Shown here: one piece after another, positions 34,756 through 43,954 of the stretch | Numbering within the stretch: position 1 is the first letter of the stretch | Layout: every line of letters starts with the position of its first letter | Origin: an uncultured Rhizobiaceae bacterium | GTDB taxonomy: Bacteria; Pseudomonadota; Alphaproteobacteria; Rickettsiales; UBA1997 | NCBI GenBank assembly: GCA_964493475.1 | Contig: CAZBNS010000002.1 | Span: 1-43,954 of the forward strand | Direction: 5' to 3' | DNA length: 43,954 bases | Made by a program: the position numbers and the translations under genes | Notes under the pieces: generated by a model | Seen by the model: only the letters and a program-made list of their open reading frames with translations | The model's database searches: none | What the model was told of the DNA's origin: nothing

Positions 34756-34815
34756 TTCAGTATATTATTGCAGTGCCATTTTTATTAGTGTATTGCATTC
34801 AACCGCAATATATAA
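34756..34815. repeat. Family-3 repeat copy
   Basis: The sequence is ttcagtatattattgcagtgccatttttattagtgtattgcattcaaccgcaatatataa. Confidence 0.5.
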
Positions 34816-34917
34816 TATATTATTATAATTAATAAATTTAGCAACTAATCAATATACGATTGACTATAAAATTATTTATCATATAACTTAAGATTGGTTT
34901 TATAATTTATATAATGT

Positions 34918-35388
34918 ATGGATAAAAAAAAATTTATGCAAGAAGCTATTAAGTCTTCCATTGAAGGAATGAATAGCAATGCTGGCGGTCCTTTTGGGGC
35001 TGTAATTGTTAAAAATGGTGAAATTATAGCTAGAGGCTGGAATAAGGTTACGAGCACTAATGATCCAACTGCGCATGCCGAAATTACAACAATTAGGGAA
35101 GCGTGTAAAAAATTGGGAACGTTTGATTTAAGTGGCTGTGAGCTTTATACTTCATGCGAGCCGTGTCCTATGTGTTTGGCGGCTATATATTGGGCAAGAA
35201 TTGATAAAATTTATTATGGAAATACCAAAAAAGACGCTGCAGATATTGGTTTTGATGACGATTTTATTTATGCAGAATTTGCGCTTCCAGTGGAGAAAAG
35301 AAGTGTTCCAATGGAACAGTTAGATAGGGAAGATGCTATAAAATCTTTTGAAAAATGGGCGGAAAAAAATGATAAGATTGAATATTAG
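34918..35388 (+). CDS. CDA-fold zinc deaminase, guanine-deaminase-like
   Basis: HAE and CEPCPMC zinc motifs are present. The following AAIYWARIDKIYYG...GFDDDFIY region suggests a GuaD type rather than TadA. Confidence 0.7.
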   Translation: MDKKKFMQEAIKSSIEGMNSNAGGPFGAVIVKNGEIIARGWNKVTSTNDPTAHAEITTIREACKKLGTFDLSGCELYTSCEPCPMCLAAIYWARIDKIYYGNTKKDAADIGFDDDFIYAEFALPVEKRSVPMEQLDREDAIKSFEKWAEKNDKIEY

Positions 35389-35442
35389 CTTTAATTTTTA
35401 ATTTTATTTATTAAATTAAATATAGATTTTTAAAAAAATAAT

Positions 35443-38385
35443 ATGACAAAATCTTTTAAAAGCATAAGAAAGTTTATTAATATTAGAAATCTATATTTTT
35501 TTATATTTAAGATTTGTGTTGCTGTATTATTAACTTTGTCTTTGTTGATAATAAATTTTATTATAATATTTTCAATAAAGCCCAGAACTGTTCCGAAAGT
35601 TAGTTCTTATATTATAAAATATTTAAATAAAAATCCTAATGTTAAGATTAATTTTGATGTTGATAATTCAACTTTGTATTTTGATTCTGATTTAGGTTTA
35701 AAATATAAAATTAAAGATTTTAATTTAGAAACTGATAAATCTAAGATTAATTCGGAAGAGATTATAGTAAATTTAGATTTTGTGAGATTATTATTCGGCA
35801 GAATTAATATAAATGATATTAATTTATCTGATACGAATTTAAAATTTAATTCACAAGAAGTTAGTTCAAAAAAAGAATTTACACATGAAAAAGAGGAAAT
35901 AACTGCGCAAATTCAAAAAGTAATTCAGAAAATTCATAATAGTTCGGTTTCAATAAAAAGATTTCAACTTAATGATTTTAAAATAAATGTTAACTTAAAT
36001 AATGTTGATAATGAAATAAAAATATTAAGATCTCAACTTAATTTAGATTTTAAAAACAGTAATTTTCAAATATATCAAAATGCAATATTTAATATTAATA
36101 ATGCCAAGACTAATTCAAGGTTAAGCGTTATTTGTGATAAGCGAGATGGAGTTAGCAATTGCAAAATTGATATAAAAAACATTAATCCAAATAATTTTGA
36201 AACTTTTTTTAATCAAAATAGTATAGAATATAGTTATTTATCTAATGTGGATGGTTATTTTGATGGAAAGTTTGATTTTATATTCGATAATAAAATGAAA
36301 TTAAAGAGTGGCAATGGAATAATAAAGTCAATATTTGGCTCATTTGATTTTAAAAATTTATTTGACGAAAAATTAGTTTTTGGAAATTTAATAATAAATG
36401 TCGGATTTGACAACTATTTTAAAGATATAAATATTAATTCATTAACTACGAATTTTGGCAAAACTCGCTTTTTTATGAGTATGTTTATAAAAGAAAAAAA
36501 GAAATATAAAAGTGTAGACTTAAATTTTGATATTCAAAACACACTGGTGAGTGATTTAAGAAAATTATGGCCTAATTTTTTAGATAATGACTCAAGCAGG
36601 CCATGGGTTTTAAAACATATTAAATCTGGAAATTTGCCTCTTGCTAAAACAAATATGAATTTTAAATATTTTTATGACAATAATAAGTCTGGATTACAAT
36701 CGATTAATGCTGAGATTGATTTGGATAATATTCTACTAGAATATGATGACTATTTTCCAATTATTCAAAATATTAATGGCAAAGCTATTTTCACTAAAAA
36801 CGACATGAAAATCAATATAAAAACTGCGAAGGTTTTAAACTCAAAGATAACAAATGGAATTATTAGTATTGATTTTAATAAAAATCCAAAAAATGTCGCT
36901 ATAAAAGCAAATTTAAATGGCCCTATCCATGATTTATTTATTCATATTAATAAAAATGACACTGCAAATATAAAAAATACTGTAAACAGCATTTTAGAAG
37001 ATTATTATACTATTACTGATTTAAATTTAAAAATACCGTTAATTAATAATATTACTTTCAACAGCGTATTTTTAAGCACTAAATCCACAGTATTTAATAA
37101 AGAAAATTCATTATTGACAAAAAATTCCAGCATAAATTTTTCTTTCATAAAGCCTCAAAATAGCAATAAATTTTCTGGAAAAATAGATTTAACCAAGAGC
37201 AATTTAGAATATATTCCTTTAAATATGTTCAAACCAAATAATACACTGCTTTCTTTTGATTATTTTTGTGAGTTGAATGATGGCGTTGTGTATATTCATG
37301 ATATTAAATCAAACGATGATTTTATTAGTTTTATTGCAAACGGTTTTTTAAATATAGACAAAAAAATTAATGAAATTAATTTTGAAAATATATCATATAA
37401 TAATTCCAACTATAATCTTTATTATAAATCATACGTTTCAAATGGTATATTAAATAACAATATTGAAATAGATGGAAGAAACATCAATTACAACAATATA
37501 TTTGAAAAACTAAAGGATAATAAAAATTCTATTAATACTGCAGAGTCAAATGCCAAAAATAAGATGAATGTGAAATTAAATTTAAAATATTTAAGTTTTG
37601 AAAATGAAAGACAGCTAAAATTGCCTATTCTTTCAGCGGAATTTGAAAACAACGATATAAAGAAAATTGATTTTCAGGCAAAAATTGATGATAAAAAGTT
37701 TATAAATTTAAACTTCAACAAAAGACAAAAAATGTTAAGTATGGAATCCAATGATTTTGGCGATTTATTTCAAATAATAGGTTTGACAGACAAAATAATT
37801 GGCGGCGCAGGAGAAATTAATTTTAATCATATAACAGAGAATGGCAAAGGGATACTTTACGGAAATATTGACATTACTAAACAGTTTAAAATTATTACAG
37901 ATGAAAACGCAAGCAAAAATTTAATTCCAAATATCAAGCAGGAAAAATATTTTAGAAGGCTAACGAACAGCCTTATTGAAGATTCAAGTATAAGGTTTGA
38001 TAGAATGCGAGGAAATATATCTTTTAGTGAAAATATTCTAAAATTTGATGAAGTAGTTGCAAATAGTAGTTTTATAAATTTACAAATATTAGCCTCAGGA
38101 TTTTTAAACCTTAACACCAATGAAATAAAAATTAATGGACTTTTAATGCCATTAGGCACGATAAATGGCCTATTTGGAGCAAACAGACTGCCAGTTATAA
38201 GCGATATAGTATTTGGACAAAAAGATGCTGGATTATTTGCCTCTAAGTTTGAAATTACGAAGAAAAACAATAACGCAAAATTAAATTTCAAAGTTGATAA
38301 ATTTTCAATGATTATGCCGGGATTTTTAAGAAATATATTTGATCTAGATACCTATAAAAATACTTATCATAATTTTATAAAATAA
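35443..38385 (+). CDS. Large membrane-anchored AsmA/DUF3971-like protein
   Basis: This 980-aa protein has an N-terminal TM anchor and a long N/K/I-rich, beta-rich body. The family call rests on architecture only. Confidence 0.4.
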   Translation: MTKSFKSIRKFINIRNLYFFIFKICVAVLLTLSLLIINFIIIFSIKPRTVPKVSSYIIKYLNKNPNVKINFDVDNSTLYFDSDLGLKYKIKDFNLETDKSKINSEEIIVNLDFVRLLFGRININDINLSDTNLKFNSQEVSSKKEFTHEKEEITAQIQKVIQKIHNSSVSIKRFQLNDFKINVNLNNVDNEIKILRSQLNLDFKNSNFQIYQNAIFNINNAKTNSRLSVICDKRDGVSNCKIDIKNINPNNFETFFNQNSIEYSYLSNVDGYFDGKFDFIFDNKMKLKSGNGIIKSIFGSFDFKNLFDEKLVFGNLIINVGFDNYFKDININSLTTNFGKTRFFMSMFIKEKKKYKSVDLNFDIQNTLVSDLRKLWPNFLDNDSSRPWVLKHIKSGNLPLAKTNMNFKYFYDNNKSGLQSINAEIDLDNILLEYDDYFPIIQNINGKAIFTKNDMKINIKTAKVLNSKITNGIISIDFNKNPKNVAIKANLNGPIHDLFIHINKNDTANIKNTVNSILEDYYTITDLNLKIPLINNITFNSVFLSTKSTVFNKENSLLTKNSSINFSFIKPQNSNKFSGKIDLTKSNLEYIPLNMFKPNNTLLSFDYFCELNDGVVYIHDIKSNDDFISFIANGFLNIDKKINEINFENISYNNSNYNLYYKSYVSNGILNNNIEIDGRNINYNNIFEKLKDNKNSINTAESNAKNKMNVKLNLKYLSFENERQLKLPILSAEFENNDIKKIDFQAKIDDKKFINLNFNKRQKMLSMESNDFGDLFQIIGLTDKIIGGAGEINFNHITENGKGILYGNIDITKQFKIITDENASKNLIPNIKQEKYFRRLTNSLIEDSSIRFDRMRGNISFSENILKFDEVVANSSFINLQILASGFLNLNTNEIKINGLLMPLGTINGLFGANRLPVISDIVFGQKDAGLFASKFEITKKNNNAKLNFKVDKFSMIMPGFLRNIFDLDTYKNTYHNFIK

Positions 38386-38532
38386 AATTACTACTATTAG
38401 TAAAATATAATTTCAATATTAAAGAAATTATTACAATGCGACAAATACTTATATTAATAGTTAACAATCAATAACATTAAAATAACTAAGCGAATTAAAC
38501 TATATGATATATATTAAATGATTAAATAATTA

Positions 38533-38607
38533 TGGAGGTCGGGGTCAGAATCGAACTGACGCATAGAAGCTTTGCAGGCCACGGCATTACCACTTTGCTA
38601 CCCGACC
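38533..38607 (-). tRNA. tRNA-Cys (GCA)
   Basis: The acceptor stem is ggtcggg/cccgacc, the discriminator is U, the D stem has 3 bp and the anticodon loop is ctGCAaa. CCA is encoded. There is one U-U mismatch in the anticodon stem. Confidence 0.85.
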
Positions 38608-38704
38608 ATAATTGAAGTAATTATTACATTGAATTATTTTTTAGTCAAGTTTTTTAAATATAATTTAGGATAATTACAGACTTCCCAATCTGTAATTACA
38701 TATC

Positions 38705-38849
38705 TAGTCTTCCTTGCGAGGAATGAACGGCTGGAAACAAATATAGTTTTTGTTAATGAATTCCTTTTATCTTGCATTTTCAGTATGTTATTGCGGTGTT
38801 AATTTTTTTGTTAATGAATTTCGCATTCCCTCATCTTGCGGCATATAAA
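38705..38849. repeat. Composite of a family-2 fragment and a family-3 copy with an internal duplication
   Basis: tagtcttccttgcgaggaatgaa (38705-38727) matches 3187-3209. tttgttaatgaatt.c....tcttgc occurs twice. ttcagtatgttattgcggtg... (38779-38849) is the family-3 part. Confidence 0.5.
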
Positions 38850-38967
38850 TTTTATTAATATTTTATTTGTTTTAAGGCAATCTACAAAAAACCAAACAAA
38901 AATAGCTATTAATCCAATATAAATATATTAAAATAATACTCCCAAATGGAACACAAAGAAACATTTA

Positions 38968-39885
38968 TTAAAATAATACACCACTAATTAACCTCAAATC
39001 GAACCAATCAAACTGATGATTAAACCAAGTATATTGTCTTTTAGCATAGTTTCTTGTAATTTTAATCGATTGATTGACAAAATCGCTTAAAGAAATTTTA
39101 CTATTCAAATATTCAACCCCTTCAAGCAATCCTATCGTATTTGATACCGAATAACTGGCTGGATTTTCTATTATTTTTTTATGTTTTTTGGAAAAGTCTT
39201 TAATTTCTTCCAAAACATTGTCTTGCTCTACGAGTTTTTTAAATCTTAATTCACACCTTTGATATAATAAATCTCTAGGCGGATTTATATTTATATGGAA
39301 AAATGCTTCTCTTGGAAAAAGTCTAATATTTCCTTTTTCCTGAAAATATCTAATGGATTTTCCACTGGCTTCAAATATTTCCAAAAATCTCAATAATCTT
39401 TGTTTGTCATTCGGATTTAATTTTTCAACATATTCTTTATCAATTTGCAATGCCTTTTTATAACATTCTTGATAACCAACTTTTTCATATAAATCATTAA
39501 TCTTTTCTCTAATATCTTGTGAAACTTCTGGAATTTGTGAAATTCCATCAATTAATTTTGAAATATACATTCCGGTTCCGCCAACAATTATAGGTTTTTT
39601 ACCGCTTAAAAAACAATACTCTATTTTTTCTTTTGCTAATTTTAACCAAAGTCCTATATTACAATTATTTTCTGGTTCCAAATGAGAAAATAGCAAATGC
39701 TCAATGCCTTCTTTTTCAACTTCTGTTGGCTGTGCTGAAAGTATTGGTAAACCTTTATAAATCTGCACGGAGTCTGCATTGATTATAACTCCATTATATT
39801 TTTTCGCTAATTCCACAGAGTAAGCTGTTTTACCGCTGGCCGTAGGTCCAGAAACTACAATAATTTTTTTGCTTTCTATACTCAC
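38968..39885 (-). CDS. miaA: tRNA dimethylallyltransferase
   Basis: The P-loop GPTASGKT and INADSVQIYKGL.I.SAQPT are present. Confidence 0.92.
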   Translation of the reverse strand: MSIESKKIIVVSGPTASGKTAYSVELAKKYNGVIINADSVQIYKGLPILSAQPTEVEKEGIEHLLFSHLEPENNCNIGLWLKLAKEKIEYCFLSGKKPIIVGGTGMYISKLIDGISQIPEVSQDIREKINDLYEKVGYQECYKKALQIDKEYVEKLNPNDKQRLLRFLEIFEASGKSIRYFQEKGNIRLFPREAFFHININPPRDLLYQRCELRFKKLVEQDNVLEEIKDFSKKHKKIIENPASYSVSNTIGLLEGVEYLNSKISLSDFVNQSIKITRNYAKRQYTWFNHQFDWFDLRLISGVLF

Positions 39886-39895
39886 AACGCATTAA

Positions 39896-41017
39896 TTATG
39901 ATCTAATTGGCATTAAAACAAATAATAAGTTTTTATTATTTTCTTGTTGAATTAGCAATGGAGAACTGCCATCTTCTATTTTAAACACAAGATTTTTTTC
40001 ACTTATTTGTCCCAAAATATCTAACAAATATTTTGCATTTAAAACCGTATTTATCTCATCGCCATCATAGTCAGTCTTTATGTCAGCTTTAGCCATGCTT
40101 CCATCAGAACTTGAAATTTCTAAATCAATATTTTCTGATTTAATTGAAATTTTTACATTTTTAGTTTTATCATTTGAAACAATGCAAACTTTACCAAGAA
40201 CATCTTGCAAAGCAGCAGTATTTATCTTCACTTCTTTACTATTCTTATATGGAATTACTTTTTCATAATCAGGGAATTCGCCCTCAACCAATTTCAATAA
40301 TATTTCTAAATTCTCAGTTTTAATATTCATTTTATTTTTACTAAAGGAAATCAAAACTTCATTCTCGCCCTTTTCCAAAATTTTTATTATTTCCGGAATA
40401 ACTTTTTTAGGCATAATCGCCTTTTGTAAAAGCTTATAATCTTCTTTCTTCTCACCGGATGTAGCAAGAATATGGCCGTTTGTAGCCACCATAAATGTGT
40501 GATAACCGCCTTCTTTATCTTTATAAACCTCAATATGAATGCCATTAAGATAATATCTCACCTCATCATCACCCATTGCAATTTTAACTTTTTTCATTGA
40601 CTCAAGAAGCTCATCTCTTTGAACCTTATATTCCTCGCCTTTATCATCTCCAATTTGACTTCTGCCCTCTTGCTCGCAAGTTTTTATCTTAAACTTTATG
40701 CCATCAGCTTCAACACTGATTAAATTCTCTTTTTCTTCTTTAAATGTTATTTTAACATCATCAGAAAAACTTTTAATTATATCCTGCAGTCTTCTTAACG
40801 GAAGTATCATTTCCATACTTTCCTTATTGCTTATATCTTCTTTTCCAACCAATAAATATCTAAACGATAAAATTTCAAATAAAAGTTTGCCCCCTGATAC
40901 CTTAATGAACACACTACTTTCAGTATTAGATAAGTCATCAGGTCCAATCTCCGGGTTGAATAATACTATGTTTCTTAATTTTTTAGCTTCTATTGTAAAT
41001 TTCTTGTCCATATTCAT
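39896..41017 (-). CDS. dnaN: DNA polymerase III beta sliding clamp
   Basis: It has a three-domain size (373 aa), an N-terminal KFTIE and a C-terminal ..LFVLMPIRS typical of DnaN. The sequence is divergent. Confidence 0.85.
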   Translation of the reverse strand: MNMDKKFTIEAKKLRNIVLFNPEIGPDDLSNTESSVFIKVSGGKLLFEILSFRYLLVGKEDISNKESMEMILPLRRLQDIIKSFSDDVKITFKEEKENLISVEADGIKFKIKTCEQEGRSQIGDDKGEEYKVQRDELLESMKKVKIAMGDDEVRYYLNGIHIEVYKDKEGGYHTFMVATNGHILATSGEKKEDYKLLQKAIMPKKVIPEIIKILEKGENEVLISFSKNKMNIKTENLEILLKLVEGEFPDYEKVIPYKNSKEVKINTAALQDVLGKVCIVSNDKTKNVKISIKSENIDLEISSSDGSMAKADIKTDYDGDEINTVLNAKYLLDILGQISEKNLVFKIEDGSSPLLIQQENNKNLLFVLMPIRS

Positions 41018-41185
41018 AATTAAATCAACTATTCATTGCTTGACAATATATTTTATTGAAAAAAAGTCAAGATATTTTTTGTCAATAAAAAATACTAGTA
41101 AATTTTTCCAGCTACGGATTACTTTTACAACAAAAGGAAATCTCAACGAAACTATCAAAAACTCTTATAATCATACTAAAACCTT

Positions 41186-41671
41186 CTAAGTATGGTTATC
41201 CTGTTTTAACTTTTGCCAAAATATAAACACTTTTTTAAAAGCATGTCTAAAATAATTTGGGTTGAACTTTTCTTCAGCATAATAATGCATATATGCCATA
41301 GTTGTTTCATTATTTTTATACTTTTCAGGCATACATTGCGGTGGATTATAAAATCTATTATTTTTACCATTTTGATATTTCATTGATTTTATAATATCCT
41401 CACATTTATGCTTTCTCTTATATCTTCTAGTATATTCCTTACTCAAGGCCAAACCATATTCCTTAAGCCAATTCCAATTTCCTTTAGATTTTGCAGCCCA
41501 AATACTGCAGGGATGTTTTAAATGTGTTGGTTTATAGGGATATTTTTGATTATTTAAACAAAGCCCATTAGACAAAAGTTGAGTAGTTTCTAAAATCATT
41601 TTAACCAATCTCTTATCGTCAAGTAATTTACTGTTTAACTTTATATCATGTGTAAAATAAAATATATTCAT
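41186..41671 (-). CDS. Conserved-looking hypothetical protein (W/H/C/Y-rich)
   Basis: This 161-aa ORF contains LDDKRLVKMILETTQLLS...HLKHPCSIWA...NWNWL...EYTRRYKRKH. I cannot assign a family with confidence. Confidence 0.5.
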   Translation of the reverse strand: MNIFYFTHDIKLNSKLLDDKRLVKMILETTQLLSNGLCLNNQKYPYKPTHLKHPCSIWAAKSKGNWNWLKEYGLALSKEYTRRYKRKHKCEDIIKSMKYQNGKNNRFYNPPQCMPEKYKNNETTMAYMHYYAEEKFNPNYFRHAFKKVFIFWQKLKQDNHT

Positions 41672-41787
41672 AAATAGTTATGCAAAATTTTACTTCAAAT
41701 AACCAATAAAAATCAATTTACCATTAGTTATTTTCAAAAATAAGGGGCAATTGCCCATTTAAGACTTTTTAAAAATATAAAAATTAA

Positions 41788-42201
41788 TTAAAAAATCTCT
41801 AATTTGCTAAAGAAAAAATCTATTTCTCTTTCAGCACTCTCAATAGAATCTGAGCCATGAACGCAATTATCTCTGATATTTGTCGCAAATAATTTTCTAA
41901 TAGTTCCCTCAGCAGCTTCTAAGTAATTAGTTTTTCCCATTATTGTTCTATTTTTTTGAATAGCATCACTACCTTCTAAAATTTGAACTATTATAGGTCC
42001 AGAAATTATGAAATCAATCAACGGCTCATAAAACGGTTTTCCTTTATGCTCTCTATAAAAATCCTCAGCCTGTTGTTTTGTTAAAATAATCATCTTCTGA
42101 GCTATAATTTTTAGCCCATTTTCCTCAAACATGGCATTAATTTTTCCAGTTAAATTTCGTTTTACAGCATCTGGTTTTATTATTGATAATGTTCTTTCCA
42201 T
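41788..42201 (-). CDS. ndk: Nucleoside diphosphate kinase
   Basis: [19 protein letters not shown] and the active-site NCVHGSDS are present. Confidence 0.96.
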   Translation of the reverse strand: MERTLSIIKPDAVKRNLTGKINAMFEENGLKIIAQKMIILTKQQAEDFYREHKGKPFYEPLIDFIISGPIIVQILEGSDAIQKNRTIMGKTNYLEAAEGTIRKLFATNIRDNCVHGSDSIESAEREIDFFFSKLEIF

Positions 42202-42466
42202 TGAAAAAGTATAGAATTAAATATGGTTATTTTATAATATATAAAAATATATTTTCAAGTTTTTTATGAAACATTATCAGCTTATAATAATATATTATAA
42301 TCTTTACATTTTAACTGCAATATCCCCCCTCCTTTACCATCTTATTGGCTAATAAGAATACTTATAAAATCTTAAAGCTTATAATTATAATATCTTATAC
42401 TTATATTGCTTGAAAATAAAAATTAAATTATGTATTATGCTTTTGAGAAAATTATTTTCGATACAT

Positions 42467-43900
42467 ATGATAAATCTAAGCATTTTTGATATTTTTAAAG
42501 TTGGTATTGGACCATCAAGCTCACATACATTTGGACCTATGGTTGCCTCAAATATGTTTATAAAAACATTATCTAAAAAAATGCTGGTGAAAAAAGTTAG
42601 CTCAGTTCAAATAGATTTATACGGGTCGTTAGCATTAACAGGAAAAGGGCATGGCACTTTTTTAGCTATTGAATTGGGTCTTGAAGGTTGGACGCCAGAC
42701 ACTATAGAGCCAAATGAAATAAATAATGAAATACAAAGAATTAAAAATGATGGAAATTTATTATTAGCGAGAAAACATATTATTCCCTATAGCAGAAATG
42801 AAAATTTTAAAGTCCATAAGGATCAAGAATTAGAATATCATAGCAATGGCATGTCTATTAGTGCATTTGATAAGCATGGCAAAAGCATATATTCACAAAC
42901 ATATTATTCTGTAGGCGGTGGTTTTGTTTTGACACATGACGACATATCATGCAAAAAGAAAACAAAAGATAAAGTATTAAAATATAATTTTACAAACTTT
43001 AAAGAATTATTAGAAATTTGCGATAAAGAGCAATTATCAATTGATGAAGTTGTATTAGCTAATGAAAAATGCTTTAGAAAAGAAAAAGAGATAGACAAGG
43101 AAATAAAAAATATTGTTAATATAATGCATGAGATGGTGCAAAATGGTTTAAACAGAAAAGGCAACTTAGATGGTTCGCTGGACCTACCAAGAAGAGCTCC
43201 TATTTTACTTAAAAAACTGCAAAATGATAATAGCAACGACCCACTTAATGTTTTTGACTGGGTGTCTTTATGGGCTATAGCTGGAGCAGAGGAAAACGCA
43301 AGTTTAGGAAGACTAATTACAGCTCCAACAAATGGAGCTTCAGCAGTAATACCGGCTGTAATTCTATTCTTAGAAAAATATTATTCTACACAATATAAAT
43401 TTGAAAATATTAAAAAATTTATTTTAGTTGCCGGCATAGTTGGCATACTATGTAAAAAAAATGCAACAATTTCTGGCGCAGAAGGCGGTTGTCAAGCAGA
43501 AATCGGCTCAGCCTGCGCTATGGCTGCAGGTGGCTTAACAGCTGCTTTAGGAGGAACAAATTTACAATGTGAAAACGCTGCAATAATTGGATTAGTTCAT
43601 AATCTAGGCTTAACTTGCGATCCAATTGGCGGTTTAGTTCAAATTCCATGCATTGAAAGAAATGCAATAAATGCAGTAAAAGCAATAACCGCAACAAGAA
43701 TTGCATTAAGAGAAGAAAAAAGTTTGTTTATTACGTTAGATCAGGCCATTTTGACAATGAAACAAGTTGGCAAAGATATGCCGTGCCAATACAGAGAAAC
43801 ATCAAAAGGCGGACTGGCAATTAATTCTAAAAATGGCAGGGATACAGTAATACCAACTTGCGTTGCATGTGTTAAAAATAGAGCATGTTTTTTCAAATAA
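42467..43900 (+). CDS. sdaA: L-serine dehydratase, iron-sulfur dependent, single chain
   Basis: MINLSIFDIFKVGIGPSSSHT.GPM is at the N-terminus, with the C-terminal alpha domain GGCQAEIGSA. The start is taken at ATG 42467 instead of TTG 42410. Confidence 0.9.
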   Translation: MINLSIFDIFKVGIGPSSSHTFGPMVASNMFIKTLSKKMLVKKVSSVQIDLYGSLALTGKGHGTFLAIELGLEGWTPDTIEPNEINNEIQRIKNDGNLLLARKHIIPYSRNENFKVHKDQELEYHSNGMSISAFDKHGKSIYSQTYYSVGGGFVLTHDDISCKKKTKDKVLKYNFTNFKELLEICDKEQLSIDEVVLANEKCFRKEKEIDKEIKNIVNIMHEMVQNGLNRKGNLDGSLDLPRRAPILLKKLQNDNSNDPLNVFDWVSLWAIAGAEENASLGRLITAPTNGASAVIPAVILFLEKYYSTQYKFENIKKFILVAGIVGILCKKNATISGAEGGCQAEIGSACAMAAGGLTAALGGTNLQCENAAIIGLVHNLGLTCDPIGGLVQIPCIERNAINAVKAITATRIALREEKSLFITLDQAILTMKQVGKDMPCQYRETSKGGLAINSKNGRDTVIPTCVACVKNRACFFK

Positions 43901-43902
43901 AG

Positions 43903-43954
43903 TATGTCATTCCATAGCTGGATTTTCTTATTGAGCCACTGCTTTCGCAGCGGC
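43903..43954. repeat. Partial dispersed repeat at the window edge
   Basis: gtcattcc..agctggatttt resembles family-2 pieces, followed by an imperfect hairpin gccactgc-tttc-gcagcggc. It is truncated by the window end. Confidence 0.35.

Noticed and set aside
37857-38291. A 144-aa minus-strand ORF. The same judgement applies to other antisense ORFs such as 40698-41189, 12767-13117, 32366-33416, 42904-43236 and 3345-4144.
   Set aside because: All lie opposite well-supported genes in AT-rich sequence, where stop-free antisense frames are common. None has a recognisable motif.
41186-41671. Annotating this ORF as a pyrimidine-dimer DNA glycosylase-like enzyme
   Set aside because: I have only a vague recollection of a similar motif (DDKRL.K..LE..Q.L ... 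HP...W). I cannot support it without a profile search, so it is left as hypothetical.

Overview
The window is strongly AT-rich and compact. Its gene content looks alphaproteobacterial and endosymbiont-like (Rickettsiales/Holosporales-like); this placement is an inference from gene content and synteny, not from a search. Most of it is housekeeping: acpS, recA, iscU, gatC-gatA, fabZ, lpxD, dnaQ, tolC, ruvX, dapB, rpsO-pnp, mtaB-like, secD, miaA, dnaN, ndk and sdaA. There are five tRNA genes: Gly-GCC, Thr-GGT, Leu-CAA, His-GTG and Cys-GCA. Accessory content includes pilT with a TPR partner, a distant prepilin peptidase, an MlaF/MCE/PqiC-like trio, an isolated virB10-virB11 pair, and scattered GTA/HK97-type phage head genes (connector plus adaptor at 9.9-10.8 kb, major capsid at 28-29 kb). 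At least three families of short dispersed hairpin repeats are also present. I saw no rRNA, CRISPR array, transposase or integrase. The most interesting signal is a cassette present three times (94-671 on +, 11018-11547 on -, 21197-21882 on +). Each copy has a perfectly spaced TTGACA-N17-AAYAAT promoter. This is followed by a ~200-nt multi-helix RNA whose stems are kept by compensatory changes between copies. Next comes an intrinsic terminator whose 5' arm overlaps the closing helix of the RNA, then a GAGGT Shine-Dalgarno and a small lysine/asparagine-rich ORF that differs strongly between copies. I do not recognise this RNA as any known family, and I propose it as an undescribed cis-regulatory or RNA-plus-cargo system. 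All calls come from reading the sequence and ORF translations; no database search was run.
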